Source of the DNA: Takakia lepidozioides
Lineage: Eukaryota > Plantae > Bryophyta
Direction: 5' to 3'
DNA: 64,000 nucleotides
NCBI GenBank assembly: GCA_030704615.1
Contig: CM060732.1
Span: 72,292,001 to 72,356,000, forward strand
Translations under genes and position numbers: made by a program
Part shown: positions 36,671 to 49,559 of the stretch, one piece after another
Layout of the letters: every line of letters starts with the position of its first letter
Position numbering within the stretch: position 1 is the stretch's first letter
Notes under the pieces: model-generated
Database searches by the model: none
The model's input: the letters and a program-made list of their open reading frames with translations, nothing else
What the model was told of the DNA's origin: nothing

Positions 36671-39600
36671 ATGAGGACCATATTGTCTCAACGGTGCTTT
36701 ATGCAGGCATACCTATGTGCATTACTACTACTAACTTGGCAATGTACAAGTAAGGTATTTGGAGCTAGTGATCAAGATGTTTTGCAAATCATTGTGGAAA
36801 CTCCACAAGATGTAGAAGTGTCAAAAAGTGGACCGGCTGCAATATACACAACCTACATCAATTCACCAACGAATGATCATTTGCCAACTCGGGGGTATTT
36901 TTTGGGTGTTGTACCGGCAAAAGTAATAAGTGCAATATGTACGAGGGTCCATGATGGAAGTACAAAAATTCTTGCCTATGTCACTGCATATGGTAAAACG
37001 GGCATACATACTCTTCAGGTATACATCCATAAACCATCTAGTCTATCCCATTGTTACACTTAAACACCCATAGTACTTATCTCCCAAATTATCAAATGGC
37101 AAACGGATTACATTAGTTATGATTTTGTTATGCATCGTACTTATATAACAAAAACAATATTTTTCTTCTCATTTATGGTGTACATCTTATTCGCATGTAG
37201 AGCCCTGAGATTCACATCTTGGATAGTTGCGTGCATAAGAAAAGATGTTACAGGAGAACTATTCTTTAGATAGCTAAACTGTTCTTTGTATCTAAAGTAT
37301 GCATGAATCATGATAGTTGGAATTGTGAGTGTACAATTGAATTGAAAGTATACGTACTTTTTTTATTGCGTACTATCTTAACTCTTGCATTGAATGAAGA
37401 CTTTGCTATTTCAAGTTAGAAAAACTTTTTTTTTAAATACAAATTAATAAGATTTAAAAGGCCAATTTTTACTTTTTGAATAATATTGATGAATACAACT
37501 CTTTGGTTTGAATAATGCAATTTACAGAAGTAACAATCAATACATCTTTTAAATAAATATTTTTGTAACTTGGCGATGGACTAGAGAGAAGTTCTCCATA
37601 TTGTTTTTCTACATCTAAGCTAGAAACCATAATATATCATGTAAACTGACATGATTTTAGTTTCTTCTATGCTCGTGCAGATTACATCTATTAAGGGTTG
37701 TGGTGTATCAAATGCACCAGAGGGAGTGGATATTCTTTTATCACATGAAGGACATATTACTTTTGTATGGTATCTAAATTTTTGAGACACAACAACATGC
37801 ATCAATCTACATCATATCTAGCAATCATTCTGATCTCTCTTTTATATTTAATCCATTTTGTTCTCTCTATTAAATCCAATCACTCTCTAAACTTATTGTT
37901 TGAATATTAGTCTCAATTGTCTCTTAACTTAATATTTCCTCCAAAGGCTTGTGTATTGCAATTGAGGATGGAATACCTTTATAATGATAAGGGCCATCTC
38001 CTACAAATGTTAAACAACTGCTTATATTTGTGAATAAAATTGACTCAGGTAAATATTTACCTTCTATTTCAACTTACTTGCTTCAATTTGGCATTGATTA
38101 TAACAAGAATTTGTGATTTTTTTCATTTTTGTTTTTTCTTGCATTTGTCGACAGGCCGTGAAATGCAGGCCCTACCTCAGACAAATTTGTGGAATATTAC
38201 AAGTGGATAATACTTCAGCGGTGTGTCCATATTCTAAGGCAACACATGGTGGTAAGCCGGAAAAATGGATAAACAAGATTGCGGGCGAAATATTCACCGG
38301 ACCAATTTATGCGTTGTGTGCTGCGGATGCAAACTCTGCTGGTGTGGTAATGAAACCAACAGTCAAACTTCAAGGTTCTCCCCACGCTTACCCACCTACT
38401 AGTGGTGGTTGTTTCCCAGGTATGCATCTTACCAAGTCTTATTTTAGTTTAAAGCATAGATTAATCTAGAGAATGATGGTTGAACATTTTCATTGTCCAA
38501 ACTTGATGCTATTACTTGTCGAGTATGTGCCCCAAGACAAGTGGTGCGGTGAATGTACAACTAACATATAAAAATTAAATTCAATATAAATATATATTGC
38601 ATATACATAATTTCTTATTTCCTATTTCATTGTCTCATTTGTTATATATTCAATATGGTTGTTTATCATTGATATATGACTTCAATACTCAAACATTAGG
38701 ATTGTGAGTTATTTCATTTGTGTACTTTCTTAGTGAATATGCATTGACATACCAGAAGGCAATCGTCCTTCGGGGTCAAGAGACACCATGATGTACACTT
38801 TCTTCCGGAGGCGTGATGTATTACATTATCATTATCATGCATTGATATTGTGTTACAGGAGATGCCCTCGTCACTCTCCCAACTGGCATACAAAAGCCAA
38901 TGTCGGAACTCTCCATTGGAGACAAAGTATGTTGTGTTACCCAACAATCAACCAATATACTACTCATTAAGATGTGTCATTTCAATATGTGAGCTTTGTG
39001 ATTTGACTAATATGTATATAAATTTATTTTTTGTTATGTTGATATATGACAAAATTGATATTATAACAAATGTTTGATTTCAGGTGGCTGTGATGAATGC
39101 GGATGGAAAAATAGCATTTGACGAAGTTTATGCTTTTGGTCACGATGATGTTGGTGCCATAAGCTCATTTGTGAAACTCACTTTGCAACCAACTATCATT
39201 AGTGATAATGAGTTTTTAGTGAAAACTCTTCGGCTCACTCCCCACCATTTTGCTCCAGTATCATCAGGTATTTGTTTTGGGGGACATTATAATTTCGTTT
39301 CAACTATATGTTTATTTATATATATGTAAGATTTTTTTAATTCATACAAACAATGAACTTTTGATGTACTTTTTAATTTGAAATTACTCTCATTTATATA
39401 TTTGTTTTGTGGTGTTAGGCATGAATGATAACATGACATATAAACGAGCTAAGAAGATACATGTGGGTGACCTGATGTGGATCAATACGAATAAGATCAA
39501 CAATACTATTGAGCAGTTTATTGTGACGGGTGAGATTACAACCTTTTTTTTGTATTTTTTTAAGTTTATGCATATTAGTAGTGACAAGCTTTATTGCTAT

Positions 39601-40269
39601 GTGGGCTGCTCATCACTCCCTTGGCCGGGACCTTGTTGACCATGATTCTACATAATTTGATAGAAGTTTTTAGTATATGGTTGATAGTACAAATCTCGTG
39701 CTTCAAAAGTTGTGAGAATTGACTCTAAATAAGTCGGTTCACTTGAAGTTTTCTTTTTTCCTTAACCATTGACATTTAACAATAATTCGAACGTTGAATT
39801 GTGGCAGATGCAACGGTGATTGTTAATGTTGGGTTGTACAACCCCTACACTCTAAGTGGAAATATTATTGTAGATGATGTGGTGGCATCTGTGCATAGTG
39901 ATTGGTTTCTCGATGATTTATTTGACGCTATCACAATCACACATTGGCTTCCTACAGCTTATCAGGTACTTCCCAAACCTCACACGTTCAAGTTATTTAT
40001 GTATTTAATATTTCAGCATTATGATTTAATATTATCATTAATATTGTGGATTTGTTCACATATTATGACAGATGGTGCTAGCTCCGTTGCAGATGCTTTA
40101 TTATTTCTTGGGCAAAAACACATATGCTAGACTCTATCACTTTGTGGAGTCGTATATGGATGTACCTCATCTTCTCACTCTCCATGGCGGCAAATGTGCA
40201 ACTATTGGTGGTATGGTTGCTACATTTATATTAGTGTCTCTTCCGATGCGATTGAACTCAAAATTTTGA
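36671..40269 (+). CDS. Secreted Hedgehog-type Hog (Hint + sterol-recognition-like) autoprocessing protein with an unknown N-terminal domain
   Basis: GT-AG exons 36671-37018, 37681-37764, (37947-38048 optional, contains TGA), 38155-38419, 38859-38926, 39084-39267, 39419-39529, 39808-39965 and 40072-40269 join in frame. Signal-peptide-like YLCALLLLTWQC. Hint motifs: GG|CFPGDALV...KPMSELSIGDKV, LRLTPHHF (TxxH), AKKIHVGD, GLYNPYTLSGNIIVDDVVASVHS. Then SRR-like LAPLQMLY and a hydrophobic tail. Confidence 0.88.
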
Positions 40270-41017
40270 GTGTGGAGCGATGACATAAGTTGGTCATTAA
40301 TGGAGAAACAAATGGTTATGTGGTGGCACAGAAAGTCGACAATGGGTGATATCGAACATATATCTATATGTGGCTTTAAAGTTAAACCTATGACTACTTA
40401 TGGATGACATTATGCCCCTGATAACCAAGCCATCTATTGGATACTATGTAATAGTAGGGCTAATTCTATGATATTGTGAGTCATAAGACAACTATGTGGA
40501 ATGCGAAAATCTAGGGTTTGGGATGAATGCATGTACGTTGCATTTTCTCATTAATCATGGATGAATGCAACATGGATAGTAATCATCCAATAAAACGGAT
40601 GGTGAATGGAATACTGCACTGGATGAAATGCAGGGTTAAGACAAAAATGAAATCGGTGCTTTATTGGAGGCATGTGGCTACATTTAAGTTGATTAGTTGG
40701 CAAATGAGTGAATTAGTGAAGAGTAGAAGACCACGTAGTCTATAGCATGTATTTAGCTAAATCCAGAAGCTGATAGGCCCATGGTGCAGAGGGGGATAAG
40801 ACCCGGCAGCCACAATATTTCGAAGCCCGGTGGGTTTAGTCTATGAATGTTGTTTGCTAGTTAGTAATTAAACTTTAAGATTTATAAGTTGGTGCTTGAT
40901 GGGATATTCGTTGTGAAATCGTTGGTCAAATTTGTCACCTAATCCATGGATTTACATCCATCCATAATTAATGTGGGATCCATTGGAGATTCATTTACAA
41001 AGTTATATCATAGTATC

Positions 41018-41380
41018 CACATTCATCCACATATAGAACACACAAAGAACATAAAGAGTACAACAAACCTGTGCCAGTTGGGACCCACTCTTGAGATATA
41101 AGGTCTTTAGGTACTTTCATGCAAGCGAATCCCAAAGTCTCCACATTCATCCATATATGGAACACACAAAGAACATAGTAGAAGAAACCTGTGCCCAGCT
41201 GGGACCCACTCTAGATATAAGGTCTTTAGGTACTTTCATGCAACTGAATCCCATAGTCACCACATTCATCCATATATGGAACACACAAAGAACATAAAGA
41301 GTACAACAAACCTGTGCCCAGCTGGGACCCACTCAAGATATAAGGTCTTTAGCTACTTTCATGCAACTGAATCCGTAATC
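41018..41380. repeat. Tandem repeat, ~120-bp unit x3
   Basis: CACATTCATCCA.ATA..GAACACACAAAGAACATA...GGGACCCACTC..GATATAAGGTCTTTAG.TACTTTCATGCAA units start at ~41018, ~41142 and ~41261. Confidence 0.92.
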
Positions 41381-44300
41381 CCTGCGAAAGGCAAGGCCAA
41401 TAAACCCTGAGACATCAGCTTTGATTAAGACCCACCCTGTTTCTTTCCTATCTGTGGTAACTTAGATTCTAGCGACACTCTTCATATGCAACCCATGTAA
41501 TCCTTGCACACTGCAGGACCCATCACACCCGAGCATATAGCAAAACATGAGAGGTATGTTCTAGATATTCCTACATACTAAAGGCATATGTAGTTACTCC
41601 AAAGAAACCGACTCTAGAAACATGACCTCATAACTCTATGTAGAAATTTATAGGACCCCATCTATGCTACTTAGCTGCCCCTCCCATGAAAGAGCATTTT
41701 CCGGTGTGACCGCATCTTGTGGTATGGAAAAAGGCTTAAGAGAACTGTCATACACATGAGGAGACTCAGGGGAGACTCAGTGATGTCTGATCACCGCCCA
41801 ATGACTGCAAGCTTCAATGCAGAAGTTGAGGTCGTACGCTGGTGAAAGCTTTGAAAAGCTTGCAGTCTCCCTATGATGTGCGGAAGGGAGAGTAGAAGAG
41901 CTCATACTGAGCCCTAAGCCCATTGGAAATACTTGCAGGGGGCAGCATAGTGAGATATGATGATCAGTTTGCTCTTTGTTTGGAAGTACAACGTGAATCG
42001 ATGTTTAATTTTGAGACAAACCCATCTTCCCTCTCAATCTGGTCGTGGGTGAGGTCATGTTATAGGTTCGCATGCAGATGAAGCATCATGACACCAAAAA
42101 CGAATGCACATACAAGGGTCACCCGGAACTCCCAGTTTGCGCATCAAAGGCAGCAAACTCACGACGCTGGCTGTACTCATGCACCAAATTATGAGAGATA
42201 TTCACTGTTTCACTTCACAAGCCCGCTCTGGAGGGATTTGCATACATGGAACCTGCATGCCGCCATCGATCGATGGGGAAGAAGGAGCAGCTCCGGGCTG
42301 CCATACATGCCCCGGAAAGTTGATTGGATCAATTCCCTCCTTGCAAAACCACGATGCCACATCTAGTGAATGGATATCATGCCACCTCAGCAGTTTAGGT
42401 ATTCGAAACCTCGACCGTTGCAACCCAAATACACGAAAAATATGAAGCAAAATTAATTACATGCAAGGAAATGCATGTGGCTCACCTCCCATCCTCCCCC
42501 GAGCTTTTTACACCCGGTGCATTTCCCTGCATGTTATTTTTTGCTCCTAGTTTCTATTTTGCAGAAATGTGGCTTTTCGGCCCTGCCTTCCTAAGGCAGA
42601 ACTACGCAAAGGGTTTGTGCTGCTTTAGCACCGATACTTTCAACGCTTCCAATTCGATCAAGACAGTTGTCAATAGAATATTCTGTCTTCTGAATGACAT
42701 CCGTTGGTCAAGAAGGAGACGGTTGAGTGGGTGAAAATGGTTGGAGGAAAACTGATGGCAGAATGGAGCGCCCATGTCTGCAGTCTGTTGCTACATAGTG
42801 ATCATGGCAATGAGTATGATGGGGCACTGTGTGCAGGTGTGGACATCGAGTTCACTAACAAGCTTACCAGCGGAGGTTCACTCAAAGCGTCCCATTTAGG
42901 TCTTTGCACACCACTGTGTGCATCTGCAATTATGTGGCAGCGAGTTTGAGGGGCATGTATCGTATGCAAAAGGTGTATGCGTACACCTAATGTGGATGGG
43001 CACCTTGGGATGTTGGAGCATGGTGGCAAAATATACTTCGAGGGAATAGCCGCAGGAACAGCTCGAACATGGAAGAGAGTTTTGTGGAAGGAGAATCATC
43101 GTCATATACGGTACCATCTTCACTTGCTTTGATCGTCTACCCAGGTGTAAATTGCAGTGATCCATAATCTTTGCCAGATGAAAGTAATAGAATGCTGGTT
43201 GTTATGCCAGGGTTTTCTGAGTTGGAAGAGCTGACACTCCCTTACCGTGCAACTCTCTTTTTGTCCAAATAGAAATTCATGTATAAATATCTAAGGGAGT
43301 TTCTGATCTCCCAGGACTTGGTTTGGCACCCCGATCTCAATGTTTTCTTTGACTTATCTACTTTCATTGTCCCTTCCCAATGCCTTGAAGTAACCATGTT
43401 AAAGAAGTGGTTGACAAGTTGATTGTGTTTGCTTTGCGGAGTACTACAACAGATAGGTCAAAAGTGATGTCATCTGGCTGGTGAGAGACAAAAGCTAGAA
43501 TAAACCATGAAATGCTTGATAGGGGGATGAATATTTTCGCATGAGGTTGGCACTGATGGGAAGGATGGTGCTTGCAGGAAACGGATGTCATGGAGGAGGC
43601 CATGCCTGCAGACCTCTCAGAGGCTAACATCCTGGTTTGGATATGAAGAGGCCTTAGACTTGATTGCGCAGAAATGCTTTGATGGATTTCTAAACAGGGT
43701 CTAGCTACGGAATGAGATGATTTTTAAACGTGCGTTCCCAGGCATGCATGACGCACACATACGTTTCCCACCCACTTGCAATCAAAGCATGCGAAACTTG
43801 TGTACCCCATTTCATTGGATTTGTTTGCCAAAGAGAAAAAGAGAGTGAAAAGAACGGTTAGGTTAGCTGGTTCTGGGTTTGTCGCAAGGCTACGGTCTGA
43901 CGAGTAACCTTCACCCTTTCTTTTTGTCTTAGCAACTTCGGCTTGATTCATTCAGGAATGTGGGGGTTGTTCACTGATGTGACAAGGCAGATTACCAAAA
44001 TGCACCAGAAATGGAAGTACACTGCATGTATGGCGTAGGACTCCCAACAAAGAGATCTTCCATCTACAAGGTATCTCCCTGGAGAGACGGTGGCTTCATC
44101 CCCTTCCGAATTGATACATCAGCTGAGGGGTGTCTGAGTGGGGGAGTCCAGTTTGTGGACGGAGTGGTCTAGGTATTAGGGTGGTCCAGGAATTAAAAAG
44201 GGGGGTTTATATAATAAGGCTTATGTAGAGGGATTTCAAGAAATGAAGGGGTCCAAAAAAAGACGGTAGGAAGGCAACGTGTATTAAATCGAGGATGGTT

Positions 44301-45244
44301 CACCCGCCAATTCTGGGTAATGAGGTTTCTAGGGGTGACATGTGTCCCAGGGACCTTCTAGAAGGGTCCCACCCCTTGCGGGCTTCTAGAAGGGTCCCAC
44401 CGCTCTGAGAAGCTATATAAAGGAGAGGCCCCCCTCTTACTACTTATTAAATTAATAAGTAATGGGCTGCTGCATATCTAGATCATCCAAGAATGTGTAG
44501 GCATTCTCTGGTCTTTCAGATTTTTGCAACCTATTCATAATTACAATAAAGAAGGGCTTGCATGTATTCCATGCATTTGTTTTTCTCCTTCGGTGCGTGG
44601 CCCATGTCATGGTCAGCACACGCGAGGTTTACAAGTTGGCCAGTTTCCATTTACTGTTCCCATTTTGATTTTTTTGACTGTGTTTGGCCCCTCGTTGTAT
44701 TTGCAATGCTGCATATTTTCCGCGGCAGGTTTATTATGTTTTGTTGCCCTTACGTCTGCTCAACTTTATACTAAAATATAGTTATCTGCTGATAACCCTT
44801 GGACCGCGTGTGTCAATCCTTTGTATCAAGTCACAAAGAGTCACTTGGTTCTCTTTGGTTTTACGTCAACAAGTGCAGATGTCTGTTGGTAGGAAGGACA
44901 GCCAGCCAATGGTACTAGTCAGCTTGTCAATGGAGCTTATAATTCGAATGTTTGTCTGTTGTGTAAATACCACAATCTCAGTAGGTTCTCAAGTATCAGA
45001 GGACTCATCACAATTCAAAGCTGACTATGATACATTGAGCCCTCCCACTTAAACTTGTAGCTGGGGACACTCAGCAATAACACGAGGCAAATCAAGGGTG
45101 GTTAGCCACATCAAGTCATTGTGAATTATTGGACACTTCTTGAAGTGATGTTAATGTCACTTATTCATCTTATTGTTGCTATTAATTAATATATTGATGT
45201 TTGCGTTTTTTTTTGGGGCCCCGAGTCTGCAGAACCAACTACTT

Positions 45245-45784
45245 TGTCGTGCACCTGAGCATCGTGCCACAACATACATCGTTGTCCATCACACATCCTA
45301 AGCATACAATCCTAGAAAGTTATACCACAATGATAATGAAAGTGAACATAATGGAAACACACCACTCATGAACCACTCAATCATATAAACTAAGTCAAGC
45401 CAAAGGCACCCTTGCTAAGGGAATCCACCCTTCAAAACCCTCACCACACTCCGTCTCAATACCTAGAGCTATGGAAGTGAGAGAGGCTCATGGAGGCTCA
45501 ACTACAAGAAGATGAGCTCTCCTCAACCCTCACAAGGGGAAAACCCATCCCCATGTCCCAAGCGAGGCTTGACACCTCACTTGGCATGTGAGACCAAATG
45601 AAGACCCAACACATAAAATATAAATATAAATATATAAAATGTCCTAGTTAATTAGAAGTAGGTAATTCTAGTTAACCATAACAAAAACCATGACAGCTGT
45701 CGTGCACCTAAGCATCGTGCCACAACATACATCGTTGTCCATCATACATCCTAAGCATACAATCCTAGAAAGTTATACCACAAT
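45245..45784 (-). repeat. Probable 3' LTR region of the Gypsy element, containing an 87-bp direct repeat (45245-45331, 45698-45784)
   Basis: TGTCGTGCACCT.AGCATCGTGCCAC...GTTATACCACAAT is present twice. On the minus strand it begins TGTGG, just after a purine tract (AGGGGGG, 45787-45794). Confidence 0.6.
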
Positions 45785-48059
45785 CGCCCCCCTAGCTGGT
45801 GATTAGGTCCCTCTAATATCAAATAGCTGACAAGTATCCACCCTAATAAGATCACTGCTTGGTCTTCAATCGCACAAGTCCCCAGTATCCGAAGTCGATA
45901 GATCAAGAGGGCCGGGTGCAAAAGTAACCCCATCGTTAGTCGTCTTCCTGCAATCCATGGCTTTCATTGGGGGATCCATGGCGTTGAACCCCCACTAGCT
46001 AGACCTTGGGTCCTTGTCAACCTCACCATTGTCATGTCCATTATCTCTGTCCAAGGCATCGTGGACAAAACCATTCTCCGCTAGGAACCTCCTCAAGTGG
46101 CGGTGTCAAGCATCTCATGTGCCACCCCTTTGAGCATTTATCACACACCAGCATGGTGGCTACACCACCAGCATGTCCACATAGTATGCAACGCATCCCT
46201 GTTGATACCACTGCAAGGTTGGAATCTATCCTCTCATCCACATGTGGAAGTTGACATGGCGCACAATTACGCCTATGATCCTTCCATACCATGTCATCTC
46301 GACCCTCCAGAATCAACACTCCTGAAGGCAACACCTCCCGTACCCGTAGAATCATACGCCCTGCTGTAACATCCAAGGTCATGGGCGCTGTCTGTTGCAG
46401 ATACACATAGTCCCCAGGATGGAAATGCCGAACACCTGGTCAATATCCCCCTCCACGTATAGTGGCGTACCTCAATGTGTCTCGGTGTTGGACAATAGCA
46501 AGGTTCTCAAAAGCCATAGGCATGACTCTCTTGAACAACTCTGCCCGCTGGGTACATGCTTATGTCCACACATCCGGATCATCAAGGTTGAGGACTACTG
46601 CAGTCTCCATGCGAATAGATGCAGGCAAATCTGGTTTTCGGCCAAAGAGGAGGAAATAAGGCGAGAACGAAGCAAATGATGCATGTTTGCTAAACTTGTA
46701 GCCCATGGCCAACCAAGGTAGCTGAAGATCCCAATCTCCCAAGTGTCCCTTCTGCAAGCCATACTTGCGCAAGCCTTGCTTGACTGTTTGCACAACCCTC
46801 TCTACCAAGCCATCAGCCTCGGGATGATCCCGAGAAGTAGTGCGGTGATCTATCAAAGCTTACTCACACAAAGCCTAAAACTCCCCCAAGAACTCTCTCC
46901 TCTTGTCCGTGAGTACCTCGGCTGGAGCACCAAATTGGCTAAGTACTCGATCTAAGAATGCATACGCAGCCCCCTCACTTGCCTTGTCAGGCAATGCCAC
47001 CAGTTCAATCCATTTGGAGAAATTTTTCACCATCACCAGCACATACTTATTATGGCGAATCGTTAGTGGTAATGGGCCTGCGAAGTCAAGACTCCAACGA
47101 TAGCCCAAACCCATAATGGGTAAATGATGCAATTGTGGAGTAGGTGCATTGAAAGAAGCCCGCACTCTATCACACACCATGCACCTTGCCACTAACTAAT
47201 ACACATCTGTGTGCATGCCCCGCCACCAATACTGTCTTTGCAGCAAAGTAAGAGTGCGCCGCACCCCAAAATGTCCCAATTCCTCATGGGCATGGCGTAC
47301 CAATCGCGCTCGTTGTGTTGGATGAGGCACAATCCTTACTCGTCCATCCTCCCATACTCGGAGTAGGTGAGTCCCCTCCCACTTAAACCTCTTGGCTCGT
47401 TGTGGGATCCAATCTCTCTCCTTAGCAGTCACACTGACTGCTGTCTCTCCAGTACGAAGGTAGGCCAACATTGCTGCATCTTCATGAACATCCTTAGCAC
47501 CATCAAGCTCATCACTGATCTCTGGATCGTCATGCACACTATCTCCATGACCAATCATATGGGATGGACCAGCTTGAGCTCCCATTGCTAGAATGCACAA
47601 AAAGGAAGATGCGTGCCATCCTGGCACCATCTCCTCGTCCGTCTCACCACGCCAACGAGCTCATGTATCATCAAGCTCACTTGTGCATAGATTATGACTC
47701 AATCCATCCACATCCCGGTTAACTATTCCAGCTCGATGCACCACCTGGAAGTCGTACTCTTGAAGCATAGTGCCCACCGTGCAAGCTTCCCTGTAAACTT
47801 GTCTGACTCCATCAATCACTTCAATGGTTGGTAATCCGTGACAAGGGTGAAGAGATTGCTTTAGAGGTAGCATCTAAAATGTGTCACTGCCCATACTGCA
47901 GCTAGACACTCTCCTGCATAGGCACTATACTTCGCCTCGACATCATTGTTCGAGCGGCTAGCATATGCCACTACGAACTCTCTTCCCTCATCATCCACCT
48001 GTGTGAGCACTGCTCCAATCCCCAGCATACTCCAATCCGTATATAGCTGGAAAACCCGG
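45785..48059 (-). mobile_element. Ty3/Gypsy LTR retrotransposon remnant: RNase H - integrase - PHD finger (pseudogenised; 5' part removed at the insertion)
   Basis: RNase H: FQLYTDWSMLGIGAVLTQ...VVAYASRS...ECLAAVWAV...LQEYDFQVVHRAG..N.DVDGLS. Integrase: HEELGH...C..C, WSLDFAGP, VLTD, DGLVERVVQT. C-terminal PHD: CILC...MLVCDKCSKGWHMRCLTPPLEEVPSGEWFCPRC. In-frame stops are present. Confidence 0.9.
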
Positions 48060-48254
48060 TTATAAGCGTCACGTCCGTCCGTCCGTCCGTTAGCGTCAGG
48101 TCACGTCAGATTTGACGTTGACGAGACCTCCGTCACGTCAGGTTCGAGGAATATTCTGGTAAAAATAGTACCAGATAAAATACTGTCACTTAAACAGTCA
48201 CGTCGCCGACACAGTGGCGGTGGCAAATACATTTTGAAAATTAACAAAATGAAC

Positions 48255-49155
48255 GCGACCGCCAATTATGGCGGTCGCTTTCTTTTTCGAGATTAAAAAA
48301 TATATATCGACCGCCATAATTGGCGGTCGCTTCAATTTATTTTTAAAAAAAAACAAGATTGGCGGTCGCTTTAATTTTCGAATTACAAAAGAAATAGCGA
48401 CCGCTATCTTGGCGGTCGCTTCAATTTATTTTTAAAAAAAAACAAGATTGGCGGTTGCCTAATTTAAAAAAGAAAACAAGCGACTGCCGTATTGGCGATC
48501 GCACAATTTTGTAAATATGTACAGAACAAACGACCGTCATATGGCGGTCGGATCATTTCAAAAATATATAAGAAAAACAGTGACTGCCGTTGGGCGGTCG
48601 CTTAATATTAAAATAATATAGAAAAACAAACTACCGTCATATGGCGGTCGGTAAATTTAAAATTATATATATAAAAACAAGCGACGTATGAAAATAAAAG
48701 CGACCGCCACACCGGTGGTCGCTTGTTTTGAAACAATACAATATTTGCGACCACCAAACCGGCGGTCGCGTCAATTTTAAAATATATATTAAATTTAAGC
48801 GAACGTCAGCCTGGAGGTCGCTTAAACTTGAAAATATCAAGATTAAAAGCGACCGCCTTACTGGCGGTCGCGTTTTTTTTAATATTAAAAATAAAAACGA
48901 CCACCATATTGGCAGTCGCTTTATTTTAAATATATTAACAAATGAAGCGACCGCCATACCGGCAGTCGCATTATATTTTGAAATAAAAAACAATAGCGAC
49001 CGCCATACGGACGGTCGCTTAAATTTAAAAATATACAAAATAGAAGTGACAACAATATTGCACAAAATGAAAGGAAATAAAAGCGATTGCAGTAGTGGCG
49101 ATCGCTTGTTTTCATAAAAAATAGAAATAGCGACCGTAGTATTAGTGGTCGCTTA
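48255..49155. repeat. Subterminal array of ~20 GCGACCGCC-N(3-7)-GGCGGTCGC palindromes with AT-rich spacers
   Basis: Directly visible. Position next to the hAT terminus fits transposase-binding subterminal repeats. Confidence 0.9.
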
Positions 49156-49559
49156 ATTTCAAAATTATAACAAATATGGTTGTACAGCCTTTTTCGGGTG
49201 GGCGCTATTGGTTCGTCATTTATTCATTTCACTTTAATTTCACTTTCATCCTTCTTGAATCATATATAAGGGAGGAGGGTCACCAAGCTCCTCACTTCTT
49301 TTGGCACAAACACTTGAGGTTGTTTTGGATGTTCCCTTCCATTGAACGAGAGTGTAGTCCAAGAGGAGGGTGTGCACATTTTGCAATTGTGGCTTCCACC
49401 AAAGCCACTTCAGCAGATTGTGTGTAAACTCAACACTACAACCCACATCGACCCACTTGGGTTGCTGACAGGTGTTGAAGTGTAGGGCTATCGTATTGCA
49501 CTCTACATTCACAACACGTTCATTTATAGGTGACTGTTTTTTGTTGCTTACATCGTTAG

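Noticed and set aside
38410-39965. Self-splicing intein
   Set aside because: The Hint domain ends ASVHS without the intein His-Asn/Ser-Cys-Thr junction and is followed by an SRR-like tail, so it is Hedgehog-type rather than an intein.
48255-49155. CRISPR array
   Set aside because: The repeat loop varies, the spacers are low-complexity AT, and the array sits at a hAT terminus, so these are subterminal repeats.
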